DNA of 52,357 nucleotides from Candidatus Caldarchaeales archaeon (GCA_039630055.1 JBCNVN010000005.1:1-52357); one strand, 5' to 3'. Shown: positions 28,792 through 39,207, counted from the stretch's first letter. A program made the numbers and translations. Notes: generated from the letters alone by a model not told the origin.

Positions 28792-29556
28792 TTGCTACTC
28801 CAAGCCGAGAAACTCTCTAAAAGATTCGGCGGACTGGTCGCTGTTAGAAATTATAATCTAAACCTTCCAGAAAAGAGTATATATGGGCTGATCGGGCCGA
28901 ATGGTGCAGGTAAGACAACTATAATAAATATCTTGACAGGTGTGATCAAGCCTGACACTGGAAGAGTATTATTCGATGGAGTAGATATAACCGGTAAGAG
29001 GCCTGATGAAGTAGCTGGGTTTGGAATAGCTAGAACTTTCCAGAATCTTAGACTCTTCAAGAAGATGACGGTTGAAGAAAACATCCAGGTATCCGCCCAG
29101 TTTAAACATAGTTACTCTATGCATCACTCGATCCTAGGGCTTAGAAGATATCGTGAAGCTGAAGATAATATCTTTGAAGAATCGAGAAGATTGATGGAGC
29201 TGCTCGGTATAGAGAGGTTTGGAAAATATCTTCCAACCGAGCTTCCCTACGGGATCCAGAAGAGAGTAGAGATAGGGAGAGCTCTAGCTCTTAAGCCCCG
29301 GATACTGTTACTAGATGAGCCTGCATCAGGTATGACGAATCAAGAAGCAAGAGAATTGTCGGAGACACTGAAAGAGATCCGTAGAGAAAGAGGTATCTCG
29401 ATGCTAATAGTAGAACATAGAGTTCCACTGGTGATGGATTTATGCAACTATATCCAAGTGATGAATCAAGGAGAGATCATTGCTGAAGGACTACCTGAAG
29501 AGATTAGAATAAATGAGGAAGTTATAAGAGTATATCTGAGAAGTGGTATATCTTGA
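28792..29556 (+). CDS. livG: Liv-type ABC ATP-binding protein
   Basis: GPNGAGKTT, ARTFQNLRLF, LPYG.QKRVEI, LLLDEP. Confidence 0.92.
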   Translation: MLLQAEKLSKRFGGLVAVRNYNLNLPEKSIYGLIGPNGAGKTTIINILTGVIKPDTGRVLFDGVDITGKRPDEVAGFGIARTFQNLRLFKKMTVEENIQVSAQFKHSYSMHHSILGLRRYREAEDNIFEESRRLMELLGIERFGKYLPTELPYGIQKRVEIGRALALKPRILLLDEPASGMTNQEARELSETLKEIRRERGISMLIVEHRVPLVMDLCNYIQVMNQGEIIAEGLPEEIRINEEVIRVYLRSGIS

Positions 29557-30254
29557 AGCTCTTAGTATTAGAGAATGTTCAGGTTTCATATGATGATATC
29601 CCAGTAGTGAGAAATGTCTCGATCGAGGTTGATGAGGGTCAGATAATAGGAATCGTAGGCCCAAATGGCGCAGGTAAAACGACATTGTTAAAGACGATAA
29701 TGGGTGTCTTGAGACCGCGTTCAGGGAGAATAATCTTCAAGGGTAGAGATATAACAGATCTTAAACCATATGAAAGGGTTAAACTCGGAGTCTGCATGGT
29801 TCCCGAGGGTCGACAGCTCTTCAATACTCTAACGGTAAGAGAAAACCTGATTCTCGGAGGATATACAAGTGGAAAGAATTTGAAGAATAGGTTGGAGTGG
29901 GTTTATAAATTGTTTCCAGTTCTAGAAGAGAGAAGTAACCAGTATGCAGGGACTCTTAGTGGTGGAGAACAACAGATGTTAGCGATCGCTAGAGGGCTGA
30001 TGGCAGAGCTCAAAATATTATTGTTAGATGAGCCTTCTCTAGGTCTCGCACCAATAATCGTCGAGAAGCTGTATGAGACCATCCGTACAATAAACAAGGA
30101 AGGCATCTCTATACTTCTAGTAGAACAGCATGTAGATATAGTGCTTAAGACAGCTGATTATGTCTATGTTATGGGGATGGGAGAGATTATAACTCATGGT
30201 AAATGTCAAGAACTGGCTTCAAGCGAAGAGATTAGAAGAGTGTATCTAGGATGA
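29553..30254 (+). CDS. livF: Liv-type ABC ATP-binding protein
   Basis: GPNGAGKTT, VPEGR, LSGGEQQMLAIAR, LDEPSLGLAP. Confidence 0.93.
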   Translation: MKLLVLENVQVSYDDIPVVRNVSIEVDEGQIIGIVGPNGAGKTTLLKTIMGVLRPRSGRIIFKGRDITDLKPYERVKLGVCMVPEGRQLFNTLTVRENLILGGYTSGKNLKNRLEWVYKLFPVLEERSNQYAGTLSGGEQQMLAIARGLMAELKILLLDEPSLGLAPIIVEKLYETIRTINKEGISILLVEQHVDIVLKTADYVYVMGMGEIITHGKCQELASSEEIRRVYLG

Positions 30255-31153
30255 GTATAACGGCCCAGTACATACTAATACAGGTGATCAATGGGCTTGC
30301 GATCGGAAGCATATACGCTCTCCTCGCCATAGGTATGAATATAATATATGGAATGCTTAGATTGATAAACTTCGCTCACGGAGCAGTGATAATGGTTGGA
30401 TCATATGTTTTCTTGATATCGGTTATGGGTCTAGGTATAGCCAGCTACCTAGCTCTTCCACTAGCTATAGGTGTAGGAGCATTGATCGGGATCTTGCTAG
30501 AATTGACTGCATACAGATTTTTAAGAGGAAAACCTGAAGTCTCAATGCTGATAACCTCTTTAGGAGCATACATCTTTATCGAGAACCTGGTCAGAGTTCT
30601 CTTGACTTCTCAGCCTAGACCATTCCCAGTAATCCCCCAACTTAACATACTATACAATATAGGTGGAACGATTGTGAGGGTTGTAGACCTCTTAACAATA
30701 TCGTCGGGAATATTCATAACTCTTGGATTGATAGCTCTTACAAAGAAGACTCGTGTAGGCATAGCGATAAAGGCAACCGCTGAGAATGTTCACGCAGCTA
30801 GCATGATAGGGATAAACGTGGACCGCATAATAACGTTATCTTTTATGCTGGCCTCAGCTATAGCAGCCTACACAGGCTTCATATGGGGTGTTAAGTTTGG
30901 ACAGATCGATCCAGGGATGGGTTTCCTGATAGGTGTAAAAGCCTTTGTAGCGATAGTTGTAGGCGGTATAGGAAGTATCGCTGGAGCGGTCTTGGGAGGC
31001 TACATTGTAGGCCTATCGGAGACACTGAGTATAGGTCTCCTACCGCCTGCCTACAGTGGTTATAGAGATGGGATAGTCTTCTTGATACTGATATTAGCGC
31101 TACTTGTTAGACCGTATGGTATACTTGGAAGAAGGGAGGAGATAAGAGCATGA
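30251..31153 (+). CDS. livH: Liv-type ABC permease
   Basis: GSIYALLAIG...INFAHG and KAFVAIVVGGIGS motifs. Confidence 0.92.
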   Translation: MSITAQYILIQVINGLAIGSIYALLAIGMNIIYGMLRLINFAHGAVIMVGSYVFLISVMGLGIASYLALPLAIGVGALIGILLELTAYRFLRGKPEVSMLITSLGAYIFIENLVRVLLTSQPRPFPVIPQLNILYNIGGTIVRVVDLLTISSGIFITLGLIALTKKTRVGIAIKATAENVHAASMIGINVDRIITLSFMLASAIAAYTGFIWGVKFGQIDPGMGFLIGVKAFVAIVVGGIGSIAGAVLGGYIVGLSETLSIGLLPPAYSGYRDGIVFLILILALLVRPYGILGRREEIRA

Positions 31154-32175
31154 AGAGAAGCTTGACTTTAAGATACATAACAGCTATAATATCTACTTTT
31201 CTTATCCTCTACATATTCAATAGTCTACTAAGCCCTTACGCTATCTTCATAGTAAACCTGATCGGGGTATTTATTATCGCAACACTTAGCTTGAACTTGA
31301 CCAACGGGTATGCTGGATTATTCTCTCTCGGTCACGCCGGTTTCATGGCCGTCGGAGGATACATCTCAACAATCTTATCTTTTCCAGTTAGCCGTAAACG
31401 TCTACTCTTATCTGATCTCCCATCCCCATTAATAGATCTAGAGATACCTTTCACAGTCTCAGTGATTATAGGTGGACTAGCATCTGCGGTCTTGGCCCTG
31501 CTTGTAGGTTTACCAGTTCTCAGGTTGAGGGGACACTATCTAGCCGTGGCCACGTTAGGGATGATGGTTATAATCACGGCCTTGACAACCAATCTCATCC
31601 AGTTCACACGTGGCCCTCTCGGAATAAATGGGATACCACCCTACGCTGACAGCTACACTATCTATGGATGGGTTCTCATAACAGTCTTCTTCATACACAG
31701 GATCATAAATTCCAGGTATGGTAGAAGTCTTAAAGCTATAAGGGAAGATGAACTGGCAGCCTCCTCCATCGGGATCAATGTCACCCTTATGAAGTTGATG
31801 AGCTTCGTGGTTGGAGGATTCTTCGCGGGGATTGCGGGAGCCCTATACGCCCATCTACTGACAGCGATAGTCCCATGGACCTTCTCATTCACATTAACAT
31901 TCGATATAGTGATAATGTTGATAGTTGGTGGATTGGGGAGTATATCAGGCTCCATCCTTGGGGCCACAGCTATAACCTTACTGAAACAGACTCTCAAGCC
32001 GATAGAAGAGAGTATGCGAGTATATGGAATAGTACAGCTAATATTATCGGTGATATTGATCTTGACTGTTATAAAGAGGTCTGAGGGGATACTGGGTAAT
32101 CGAGAGATATCTTTTCCAAAGAAGCTGAGAATCCAGCACATGATAAAGAAGGTAATGTTTTTAGCATCTACATAA
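31150..32175 (+). CDS. livM: Liv-type ABC permease
   Basis: GYAGLFSLGHAGF, LRLRGHYLA and AIREDE motifs. Confidence 0.92.
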   Translation: MKRSLTLRYITAIISTFLILYIFNSLLSPYAIFIVNLIGVFIIATLSLNLTNGYAGLFSLGHAGFMAVGGYISTILSFPVSRKRLLLSDLPSPLIDLEIPFTVSVIIGGLASAVLALLVGLPVLRLRGHYLAVATLGMMVIITALTTNLIQFTRGPLGINGIPPYADSYTIYGWVLITVFFIHRIINSRYGRSLKAIREDELAASSIGINVTLMKLMSFVVGGFFAGIAGALYAHLLTAIVPWTFSFTLTFDIVIMLIVGGLGSISGSILGATAITLLKQTLKPIEESMRVYGIVQLILSVILILTVIKRSEGILGNREISFPKKLRIQHMIKKVMFLAST

Positions 32176-32198
32176 TATCGGTAACATGGTAGCCGGAT

Positions 32199-33011
32199 AT
32201 GAGTAAACAGGAGAAGAAGCTTCAACGTAGACTATTCGAGTATGATAAGGAGCAGAGATATCTAAGAAAGAGGTCTGAGCTGGATGAGGTGTTAGAAGAG
32301 GTCTTCGACAAGCTGACACTTATGACGATCTATGATTTGATGAATAAAGGGTTGATAAAAGATTTTTATGGTGTTGTAAGTGCAGGGAAAGAATCGAGGA
32401 TATATCTTGCTAGAGATCGGGAAATGAACTATCTAGCGGTAAAGATATATCTAGTAACAAGTGCAGAATTCAAGAAGAATAGGGTGATGTATGTCTCAGA
32501 AGATCCTAGGTTTAAACGTATCCCAAGCGATTTTAGAAGCTTCATATATCTATGGGCTAGGAGAGAGTTCAAGAACCTTGAGGTAGCATATAGTGTAGGT
32601 GTACCAGTTCCTAAACCAATATTTGTTAAAAATAATGTTTTAGGTATGAGCTTTATTGGAGAAGATGGTAGAAGATATCCAACCTTGGCAGAGACAAAGC
32701 TTTCTCTAGAAGATCTTGAGAAGATCTATCCAAAAGTGATCGAAGTAGTGAAGAAGATGTATAATGAGGCCGAGCTAGTTCATGGAGATTTAAGCGAGTA
32801 CAACATCTTCATACTCTCCGACAACAGCATAACACTTATTGACCTGTCTCAAGCGGTTCATGTAAAGCAACCCCAATCCGAACAACTACTCTTAAGAGAT
32901 TTAAAGAATGTTACGAGATTTTTCAAGAAGAATGGACTTGATGTTAGAGACCATGAAGAGATATTTGAAGAGATAACTGGAAGATCACCTAAATATATTT
33001 CAGATATTTAG
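32199..33011 (+). CDS. rio1: RIO1 atypical protein kinase
   Basis: SAGKESRIY, AVKIY, WARREFKNL, VHGDLSEYN, IDLSQAV. Confidence 0.95.
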   Translation: MSKQEKKLQRRLFEYDKEQRYLRKRSELDEVLEEVFDKLTLMTIYDLMNKGLIKDFYGVVSAGKESRIYLARDREMNYLAVKIYLVTSAEFKKNRVMYVSEDPRFKRIPSDFRSFIYLWARREFKNLEVAYSVGVPVPKPIFVKNNVLGMSFIGEDGRRYPTLAETKLSLEDLEKIYPKVIEVVKKMYNEAELVHGDLSEYNIFILSDNSITLIDLSQAVHVKQPQSEQLLLRDLKNVTRFFKKNGLDVRDHEEIFEEITGRSPKYISDI

Positions 33012-33037
33012 ATGTAGATCGGGAAGGTGGAGGAAAA

Positions 33038-33604
33038 TTGGAGACAAACTACTTTATCGTAAATATTCCTCAAGAGAGGATCGGTGTCTTAATAGGTCAG
33101 AAGGGTTCTGTAAAGAAGACTATCGAAGAGAGGCTGAATGTAAAATTAGAGATAGATAGTCTCTCTGGATCTGTAAAGATAGAACTAGATAGATCAGCGG
33201 GAGGGATAGGTGACCCTATATCTCTCTTCAAGGCTAAGGATATAGTCGAGGCGATTGGTCGAGGATTCTCTCCTGAGAAGGCTTTTAGACTATTCTCCGA
33301 GAACGGCATCCTCAGCATAATAAATATCGATGATTATGTAAAGCATAGTAGAAGTAATCTTATAAGGATTAGAGCAAGATTGATCGGTCAAGAAGGAAAG
33401 ACTAGAAGAATAGTCGAGGAGACGACCGATACATATATCTCGATATATGGGGATACTGTAGCTATAATAGGTGAATCTGAAGAAGATGTAAGATCTGCAG
33501 AAGAAGCGATAATCTCTCTGATAAGAGGTGCACCTCACACCTCCGTCTACAGATTTCTCAACAACTATGCACGGACCAGAAAACTTAGAATAGTTAGAAA
33601 ATGA
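33038..33604 (+). CDS. KH-domain RNA-processing protein Dim2/Pno1
   Basis: RIGVLIG..G, AIGRGFSPEKA, RLIG..GKT and GAPH..VY motifs; directly follows rio1. Confidence 0.93.
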   Translation: METNYFIVNIPQERIGVLIGQKGSVKKTIEERLNVKLEIDSLSGSVKIELDRSAGGIGDPISLFKAKDIVEAIGRGFSPEKAFRLFSENGILSIINIDDYVKHSRSNLIRIRARLIGQEGKTRRIVEETTDTYISIYGDTVAIIGESEEDVRSAEEAIISLIRGAPHTSVYRFLNNYARTRKLRIVRK

Positions 33605-33625
33605 AACCTAATCTTATCGATAAGA

Positions 33626-33958
33626 TTATTCTGAGATCTTTGTTTTTATGAAGTCTGGTAAAACACCTGATTCAGCTAGTTTTAATGCCTGCCCCTTAGT
33701 AAACCTCCACCATATATCTCCACGTTTATCCGTCTGAAAATCCCAAGGACTAACAAGGACCAAGTCCCCCTCTTTTATCCATATCTTCCGTTTAAGCTGT
33801 CCTCTTATTCTACAAAGTCTCGACTTACCATCACTACAATCAACCAGCACCCTATCATAGCCATACATCTTCACTACTACGCCGTATACATCTCCCGGCC
33901 CAGGCTCCATCATCTGTTCTAGTTCTTCAGGCTCTGAGACGACTTTACGTTTACCCAA
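33626..33958 (-). CDS. eif1a: Translation initiation factor aIF-1A
   Basis: C.DGKSRLCRIRG..KRKIWIKEGDLVLVSPWDFQ..RGDI. Confidence 0.95.
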   Translation of the reverse strand: MGKRKVVSEPEELEQMMEPGPGDVYGVVVKMYGYDRVLVDCSDGKSRLCRIRGQLKRKIWIKEGDLVLVSPWDFQTDKRGDIWWRFTKGQALKLAESGVLPDFIKTKISE

Positions 33959-34351
33959 GTATTACACCCAGCTAACTAGCTCTCTATAACGGGATAAACC
34001 TCAACCTACTATTTTAATATTAGTCTCATCCCCATTCATTGCTCTATATCTTAAGATCTTCACAATATTCTAGATGATCTATGATGATTATAGGCTATGG
34101 GATTCTCGATATAAAGAAGATGTGGCTCGACTTCAAGATACTTGATGACCGGTTGACTGGAGAGAATATAGGATCGATCTATCCATCAGATAAATAGTGG
34201 AAGCATTGGAGGTCTCTTATCCTATTGGATAATCTCTTTAAATAATTCTACGGCTCCATATAATCCAATTTAATCATTATCAAGCTGTTAAAAATCTGTG
34301 AAGAAGAAAAAATAGTTTAATATCGTGGCCACATCTTTGGGATAGAGATTA

Positions 34352-35023
34352 TTGAAGCTTGGAGCATTGTTTAGTGGGGGAAAAGATTCGACATATGCTA
34401 TCTACTGTGCTGAGAGGATGGGCCACAAAGTTGAAGTCCTATTAACAGTCTACCCCATCTCTACAGAGTCTCTCTACTTCCACTATCCAAACATTCAGTT
34501 AACATCATTACAGGCTGAGGCTATGGAGAAAGAACAGATTATAGAGAAGGTTGTAGATAATGAGCTAAAGACCTTGAAGAACTTGATAAGGAAGGCTTCC
34601 AAGAAGGTTGATGGAGTAGTCCTAGGCGTGATCTCAAGCAATTTCCAGAGAAAGGCTATAGAAGAGATCTGTAGAGAAAACGATCTTCAATTGATCACAC
34701 CATTATGGCTTAGAGATCCATCGAGCCTCATCAGAGAGATAATACAATCCAATTTCAAGGTTATGGTTACAGGTGTCGCAGCATGGGGTCTTGGAAGAGA
34801 ATGGTTAGGAAAGATCCTCAAAATGGAGGATGTTGAAGCAATGGAAATTATTAGTGGAAGATTTGGGATAAATTTATGTGGTGAAGGTGGAGAGATGGAG
34901 ACCCTGGTAATAGATTGCCCATTATTTTCTAAGAAGCTGGAAGTCTTAAATTATGAGGTTGACTGGATGGGTGATAGGGGATTCTTAAACATAATCGAGG
35001 CTAGACTGGTCGAGAAGATCTAA
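34352..35023 (+). CDS. dph6: Diphthine--ammonia ligase family PP-loop ATPase
   Basis: LFSGGKDS, S..FH.PN, PLW and GEGGEMETLV motifs. Confidence 0.88.
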   Translation: MKLGALFSGGKDSTYAIYCAERMGHKVEVLLTVYPISTESLYFHYPNIQLTSLQAEAMEKEQIIEKVVDNELKTLKNLIRKASKKVDGVVLGVISSNFQRKAIEEICRENDLQLITPLWLRDPSSLIREIIQSNFKVMVTGVAAWGLGREWLGKILKMEDVEAMEIISGRFGINLCGEGGEMETLVIDCPLFSKKLEVLNYEVDWMGDRGFLNIIEARLVEKI

Positions 35024-35415
35024 GATTCTCTAACATGAGTAATCATGCTTCGCCCCATTATCTTCCAGTATTCTACAGTTTTTCCAGGTTCGATCTTAGC
35101 TTTAAGCGTCTCATCAGAAGGTATCGGTACTTCAATTATCTCTAAAGTCTCATTATCCATTAGACTGATAGTATCTGTTACTGAGACTATCTGGCCAGTT
35201 CTCTTCTCTACTATCGGTACCTCGACTTTTGTATCTGCTGGACCCACCATCGTTCTCTTAACCTCATCGAATATACCTATAGCGACGAGGCGAACCTTCG
35301 CTGAACCATGCTTCCCAGGCTTCGACTTCTCTAACTCTACGATCCTACATGGTTCCCCATCGATAACTATGTTGTTCCCAATCTTCAGCGAGCCTAGATC
35401 TACCGGTTTACTCAT
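35020..35415 (-). CDS. eif5a: Translation factor aIF-5A
   Basis: Hypusine loop SKPGKHGSAK. Confidence 0.96.
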   Translation of the reverse strand: MSKPVDLGSLKIGNNIVIDGEPCRIVELEKSKPGKHGSAKVRLVAIGIFDEVKRTMVGPADTKVEVPIVEKRTGQIVSVTDTISLMDNETLEIIEVPIPSDETLKAKIEPGKTVEYWKIMGRSMITHVRES

Positions 35416-35502
35416 AGACCTCTCAATAGAATATGGTTAACCTAGATTTAAAGCTTGATCTATAAAATCTTAGAACTCTTACCACTGTAGAGTTGTATAC
35501 CT

Positions 35503-35751
35503 CTATGGTGAAGACTTGTTTTTAGTCTCTTCCTCATTGAGGGATATAAGTGTTGATGCTCTATGATAAAGTATCCTCACTCTCTCTTCTAAATCATCTA
35601 AAGGAATATTCTTCTTCTTTGCCTCATCTATCTCGTCTATGAGCTCTTCTAAGATCCTTAAGACAAGATCTAGTCTCACCTCTCTCTTCAAGTATTCTTC
35701 ACAGATGTTTATATCCTCAGTAAGCTTATTTATCAGTTGAACCTTCTCCAA
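35503..35751 (-). CDS. Small acidic helical hypothetical protein
   Basis: 82-aa ORF with native-like codon use and amphipathic helices, upstream of and co-oriented with aIF-5A. Confidence 0.55.
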   Translation of the reverse strand: MEKVQLINKLTEDINICEEYLKREVRLDLVLRILEELIDEIDEAKKKNIPLDDLEERVRILYHRASTLISLNEEETKNKSSP

Positions 35752-36255
35752 TCTTATCCTAGATAAATCTCAGAACTCCTACAATAAAAATCTATGCTGA
35801 AAAAATCCTAAAGTAGTATTAAGAGTTTCAAGATACTTATCAGACAACCCATTCCAGAGAATATATAATGAGATTCAAGAATGTCTATAAAGATTTGGAT
35901 TGGAGTCTCTCAACAGAGAGCTCTCTTGTCTCGTAGTTTTCGGAAGAGAGAATTAGAAAATATTCTCAACAATAGAGACATCATCTAAAGAAGAAACTAT
36001 ATGAGAAGAGATCGGGAGTAATGTTATAATACTTGTAGAGAGGTCTCAAAATAGAAATCCTAGAAGAATCTAAATGAAGTACACAGATTATGAAGCCTAG
36101 AGGATCAATAGCGGGAAGATAATATTATATTGAGACCAGTCATCTATTATTGGTCAGCCTAATTCTGATAGCTTAAAAGTTTCAACAAACTAGAAACAAG
36201 TTTGAAGATAATATCTAATAGAAGTGAGGTCTATTTTTTTGGCGGTAATCTGTAG

Positions 36256-37263
36256 ATGTCTGTTAAGCCGAGGGACCACGATTTTCTTGAGACCCATGAC
36301 AGCTGGATCTTCTGCATAGTTGGAGAAGTCCATCCACCAGAAGGATTCTTCGCTTACCCAAAATATGCTTTAGGTAGCGGTCCATGGAGGAGAAGCGGTC
36401 AATCTTTCAACAGAGTCCTCAAGAATTATAGTACAGGTGAGCTGAAGAAGGTCTTAGAGTATCTTAAAAAGTTTAAGCCTAACTATGTTAGATATGATTG
36501 GACTATAGATACAGAGATGTCCTTCGTCCCCGCATCTGAGATATCAAGACATTATAGCTGTCTAACCGGTTTGAGAAAATTACTGGAGAAGAGTAGAAGA
36601 GATCGTTTAGAACAGTTGCTGGTAGACCTAGTATATGACCTGCGAGATTATAGTGGAGTAGATTTAGAGTCTTTCGGGTTAACAGGGTCGATACTCCTAG
36701 GAATACATCACGACCGATCAGACCTAGACATAATAGTCTATGGTAGAAGAAATTTTATGGAAGTACTCAGAACAATAGAAGAACTCAAGCTCTACGACCA
36801 TAAAGATTCTCTAGAAAGATTTAGTAGATTTTATCCTATCAGTAGGAGTGATGCTGAAAAGCTTGCAGCGAGGGTGAGGCATAAAGGATACTATCGAGGA
36901 GTAGGGTTCTCAGTACATGGGGTTAGAGGAGAAGATGAGATAGGTGAAAAATATGGGGACATGGTCTATAGGATGGTAGGGGTCTCAAAAGCGAGACTGG
37001 AAGTGGTTGACTCGATAGACTCTGGCTTCACACCATCCATATACTCTGTGAGAGGGTATGCAGAGATCGGTGGAGAACCCTGTACGATAGAAAGGTTAAC
37101 ATGCTACGACCTATCTTTTACAGCACTCTTCCATCCTGGTGATAGATTAGAGGCTTATGGAAAAATTGAGATAGTTGAAGATAGAAATAATAATAGAAGG
37201 TTCTACAATGTCTTGATCGGCTCTATGGAGGTAGCTGGAGAAGAATATATAAGATTGATATAG
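36256..37263 (+). CDS. Pol-beta-superfamily nucleotidyltransferase (COG1665-like), paralog 2
   Basis: RDHDF, F...G..HP, GLTGSILLG...SDLDIIVYG; OB-like C-terminus. Confidence 0.85.
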   Translation: MSVKPRDHDFLETHDSWIFCIVGEVHPPEGFFAYPKYALGSGPWRRSGQSFNRVLKNYSTGELKKVLEYLKKFKPNYVRYDWTIDTEMSFVPASEISRHYSCLTGLRKLLEKSRRDRLEQLLVDLVYDLRDYSGVDLESFGLTGSILLGIHHDRSDLDIIVYGRRNFMEVLRTIEELKLYDHKDSLERFSRFYPISRSDAEKLAARVRHKGYYRGVGFSVHGVRGEDEIGEKYGDMVYRMVGVSKARLEVVDSIDSGFTPSIYSVRGYAEIGGEPCTIERLTCYDLSFTALFHPGDRLEAYGKIEIVEDRNNNRRFYNVLIGSMEVAGEEYIRLI

Positions 37264-37330
37264 TTGGTTGAGTCTCCAAGTGTAAGTAGATAGATTAGAG
37301 TTATCTTAACGTTAGGTTAGCGACTTATAC

Positions 37331-37552
37331 ATGGCTAGAGTAATCATCCATACTGCGAAGAGACCGTTAGAACATAAGACACCCTCAGGGGATAGCGTCC
37401 ATATATGTATGTGTGGTCTAAGCAGCTCATATCCATTATGTGATGGAAGCCATAAGATGACAGCGGATGAAGACCCCAACACGATATACATCTACGATAC
37501 TGAGAAGAAGAGGTTGGCGAAGCTCAGCATAGAAGGTCTTAGAAAAGTCTAA
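37331..37552 (+). CDS. CDGSH iron-sulfur (2Fe-2S) protein
   Basis: ICMCGLSSSYPLCDGSH. Confidence 0.92.
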   Translation: MARVIIHTAKRPLEHKTPSGDSVHICMCGLSSSYPLCDGSHKMTADEDPNTIYIYDTEKKRLAKLSIEGLRKV

Positions 37553-37584
37553 AACCATCCTCTAAACTAGATTAGATCTCTTTC

Positions 37585-39207
37585 TCATCTACTTCTTTTT
37601 TCAGAGATCGCTCTTATAATCCCCTTAACTGCTTTTGACTGAACCCATATAGGAGTTAGAGGGGTGAGGAGTCTAGTATACTTCTGTTCTGTAGATTCTC
37701 TTAGATCTTCTATCTGGCCACCATTCTCCAGATAGCCTCTCGATAACATGTATGCAAACTCTTCAACCCTACTATCTGGTAGATAATGTGTAGTATAGAA
37801 GATGAGCTCTGTTATATCCCATGGTTTCAAACCTTTAAGAGAACATTGTTCCAAGTCTGTTAGATAGATCTCTCCATCTCTAGTGAATAGGAAGCTGAAG
37901 GGGTTACAGTCTCCCATAGTTATATCATTCTGATGGAGTTCTGCTATCAGCTTACCAAGTCTAACAGCCACCTCTCCCACTCTATCCAACCCCAAACTCT
38001 TAATGAACTGGATAGTATTCTCTCCCTCGATAAATTTTTGAAAGAGCATCTTTCTCTTCCAGTTTATATGGAGAACCTCGGCAGTGTTAAATCCTAGCTC
38101 TGCAAGCTTATTTATGAAGAATATTTCATTGCTCATTCTAGTCGAGGCCAAGACTGAAAAGTTCTTTACTCCAAGCGCCCACAACCATGCGGCAACCCAC
38201 TTGAAATCAGACCAATTAAGATACTTCTTGATGAATATCTTCTCAGCCCTCCCATCCTTAAGGAACTCCGCAGTGTATGTTGCATTCAATATTCCTCCAA
38301 ACCTCTTCACCATTACATTGTCGTCATCAACTCCTATCAGATTCTTGACAAAATCCTCTATAGTTAATCTTGTTGAGAGAGGTTGAAGACCGAGACGAGT
38401 CTTAGTGTATAGGTAGTCTTCTACATCAGGAATCTTCAGATTAGTTAATGTTGAGAGATTGATATTTACATTTTTAATAAAGTCGAGGAGGATATTATGC
38501 TTTGTGGAGACATATAATCTAAAGATGTGTTCAAGTTCTTCCGCGGTCTTGATAAAGGTCTTCCCCGTGAGGATATTTTCTACAAGCTTTCTAGACGGCG
38601 AGTATCCGGAACCATGCCTATCCAGTAAACCCTCATAGACTAAGGAATCTAAAACCTTCTCTAACTTCTTAGATATCGATTCTATCCCCTCATCGGTCAG
38701 ATATCTAATGTGGGCTCTAGATGGAGGATAGATCATAGAGATCCTCTTCAACTTATCATACAATATATATTTAGAGGTAAATACTATCAGGATTGATGAA
38801 AGCCTATAGTCTAAAACAAGGTTTCTGAGAGATTCTGTAATTATATGTCTAAAGTAGTTTAACTCCATCGTCTTTAAGTAATCTTCTCCTATCAATGGAT
38901 TGTATGGTATGAGGAGTAGATGGGATGTGGCCCCTCCAAGCTCTTCATCTAGACAATCTCTTCTAAATAGAGATTCCTCAACGATAGTAGTAGAGACCCG
39001 TAAATCTTTAACCCTCCTATTAACCATCCTCATCTTTACATCTTTTCCACGTAAGACTACCAAGAGTTTAAGGTAGTTTAACGTGGCCCCGAGACTGGGC
39101 GGTGGTGAACCATGTATACTCATAGAGACTATCCTATCAGGATTTACGCCGATTAGGGATGAAAGATCTTCAACGCTGAGACCAGTAGACACAGTCTTCT
39201 CCACCAT
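37585..39207 (-). CDS. Fusion of degenerate nucleotidyltransferase-like N-domain and Bud32/RIO/Kdo-like kinase domain
   Basis: C-terminal IFIKKY, RMSNE, LH...MGDCNP and LTDLEQ. N-terminal SIHGS with no downstream DxD. Confidence 0.65.
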   Translation of the reverse strand: MVEKTVSTGLSVEDLSSLIGVNPDRIVSMSIHGSPPPSLGATLNYLKLLVVLRGKDVKMRMVNRRVKDLRVSTTIVEESLFRRDCLDEELGGATSHLLLIPYNPLIGEDYLKTMELNYFRHIITESLRNLVLDYRLSSILIVFTSKYILYDKLKRISMIYPPSRAHIRYLTDEGIESISKKLEKVLDSLVYEGLLDRHGSGYSPSRKLVENILTGKTFIKTAEELEHIFRLYVSTKHNILLDFIKNVNINLSTLTNLKIPDVEDYLYTKTRLGLQPLSTRLTIEDFVKNLIGVDDDNVMVKRFGGILNATYTAEFLKDGRAEKIFIKKYLNWSDFKWVAAWLWALGVKNFSVLASTRMSNEIFFINKLAELGFNTAEVLHINWKRKMLFQKFIEGENTIQFIKSLGLDRVGEVAVRLGKLIAELHQNDITMGDCNPFSFLFTRDGEIYLTDLEQCSLKGLKPWDITELIFYTTHYLPDSRVEEFAYMLSRGYLENGGQIEDLRESTEQKYTRLLTPLTPIWVQSKAVKGIIRAISEKRSR

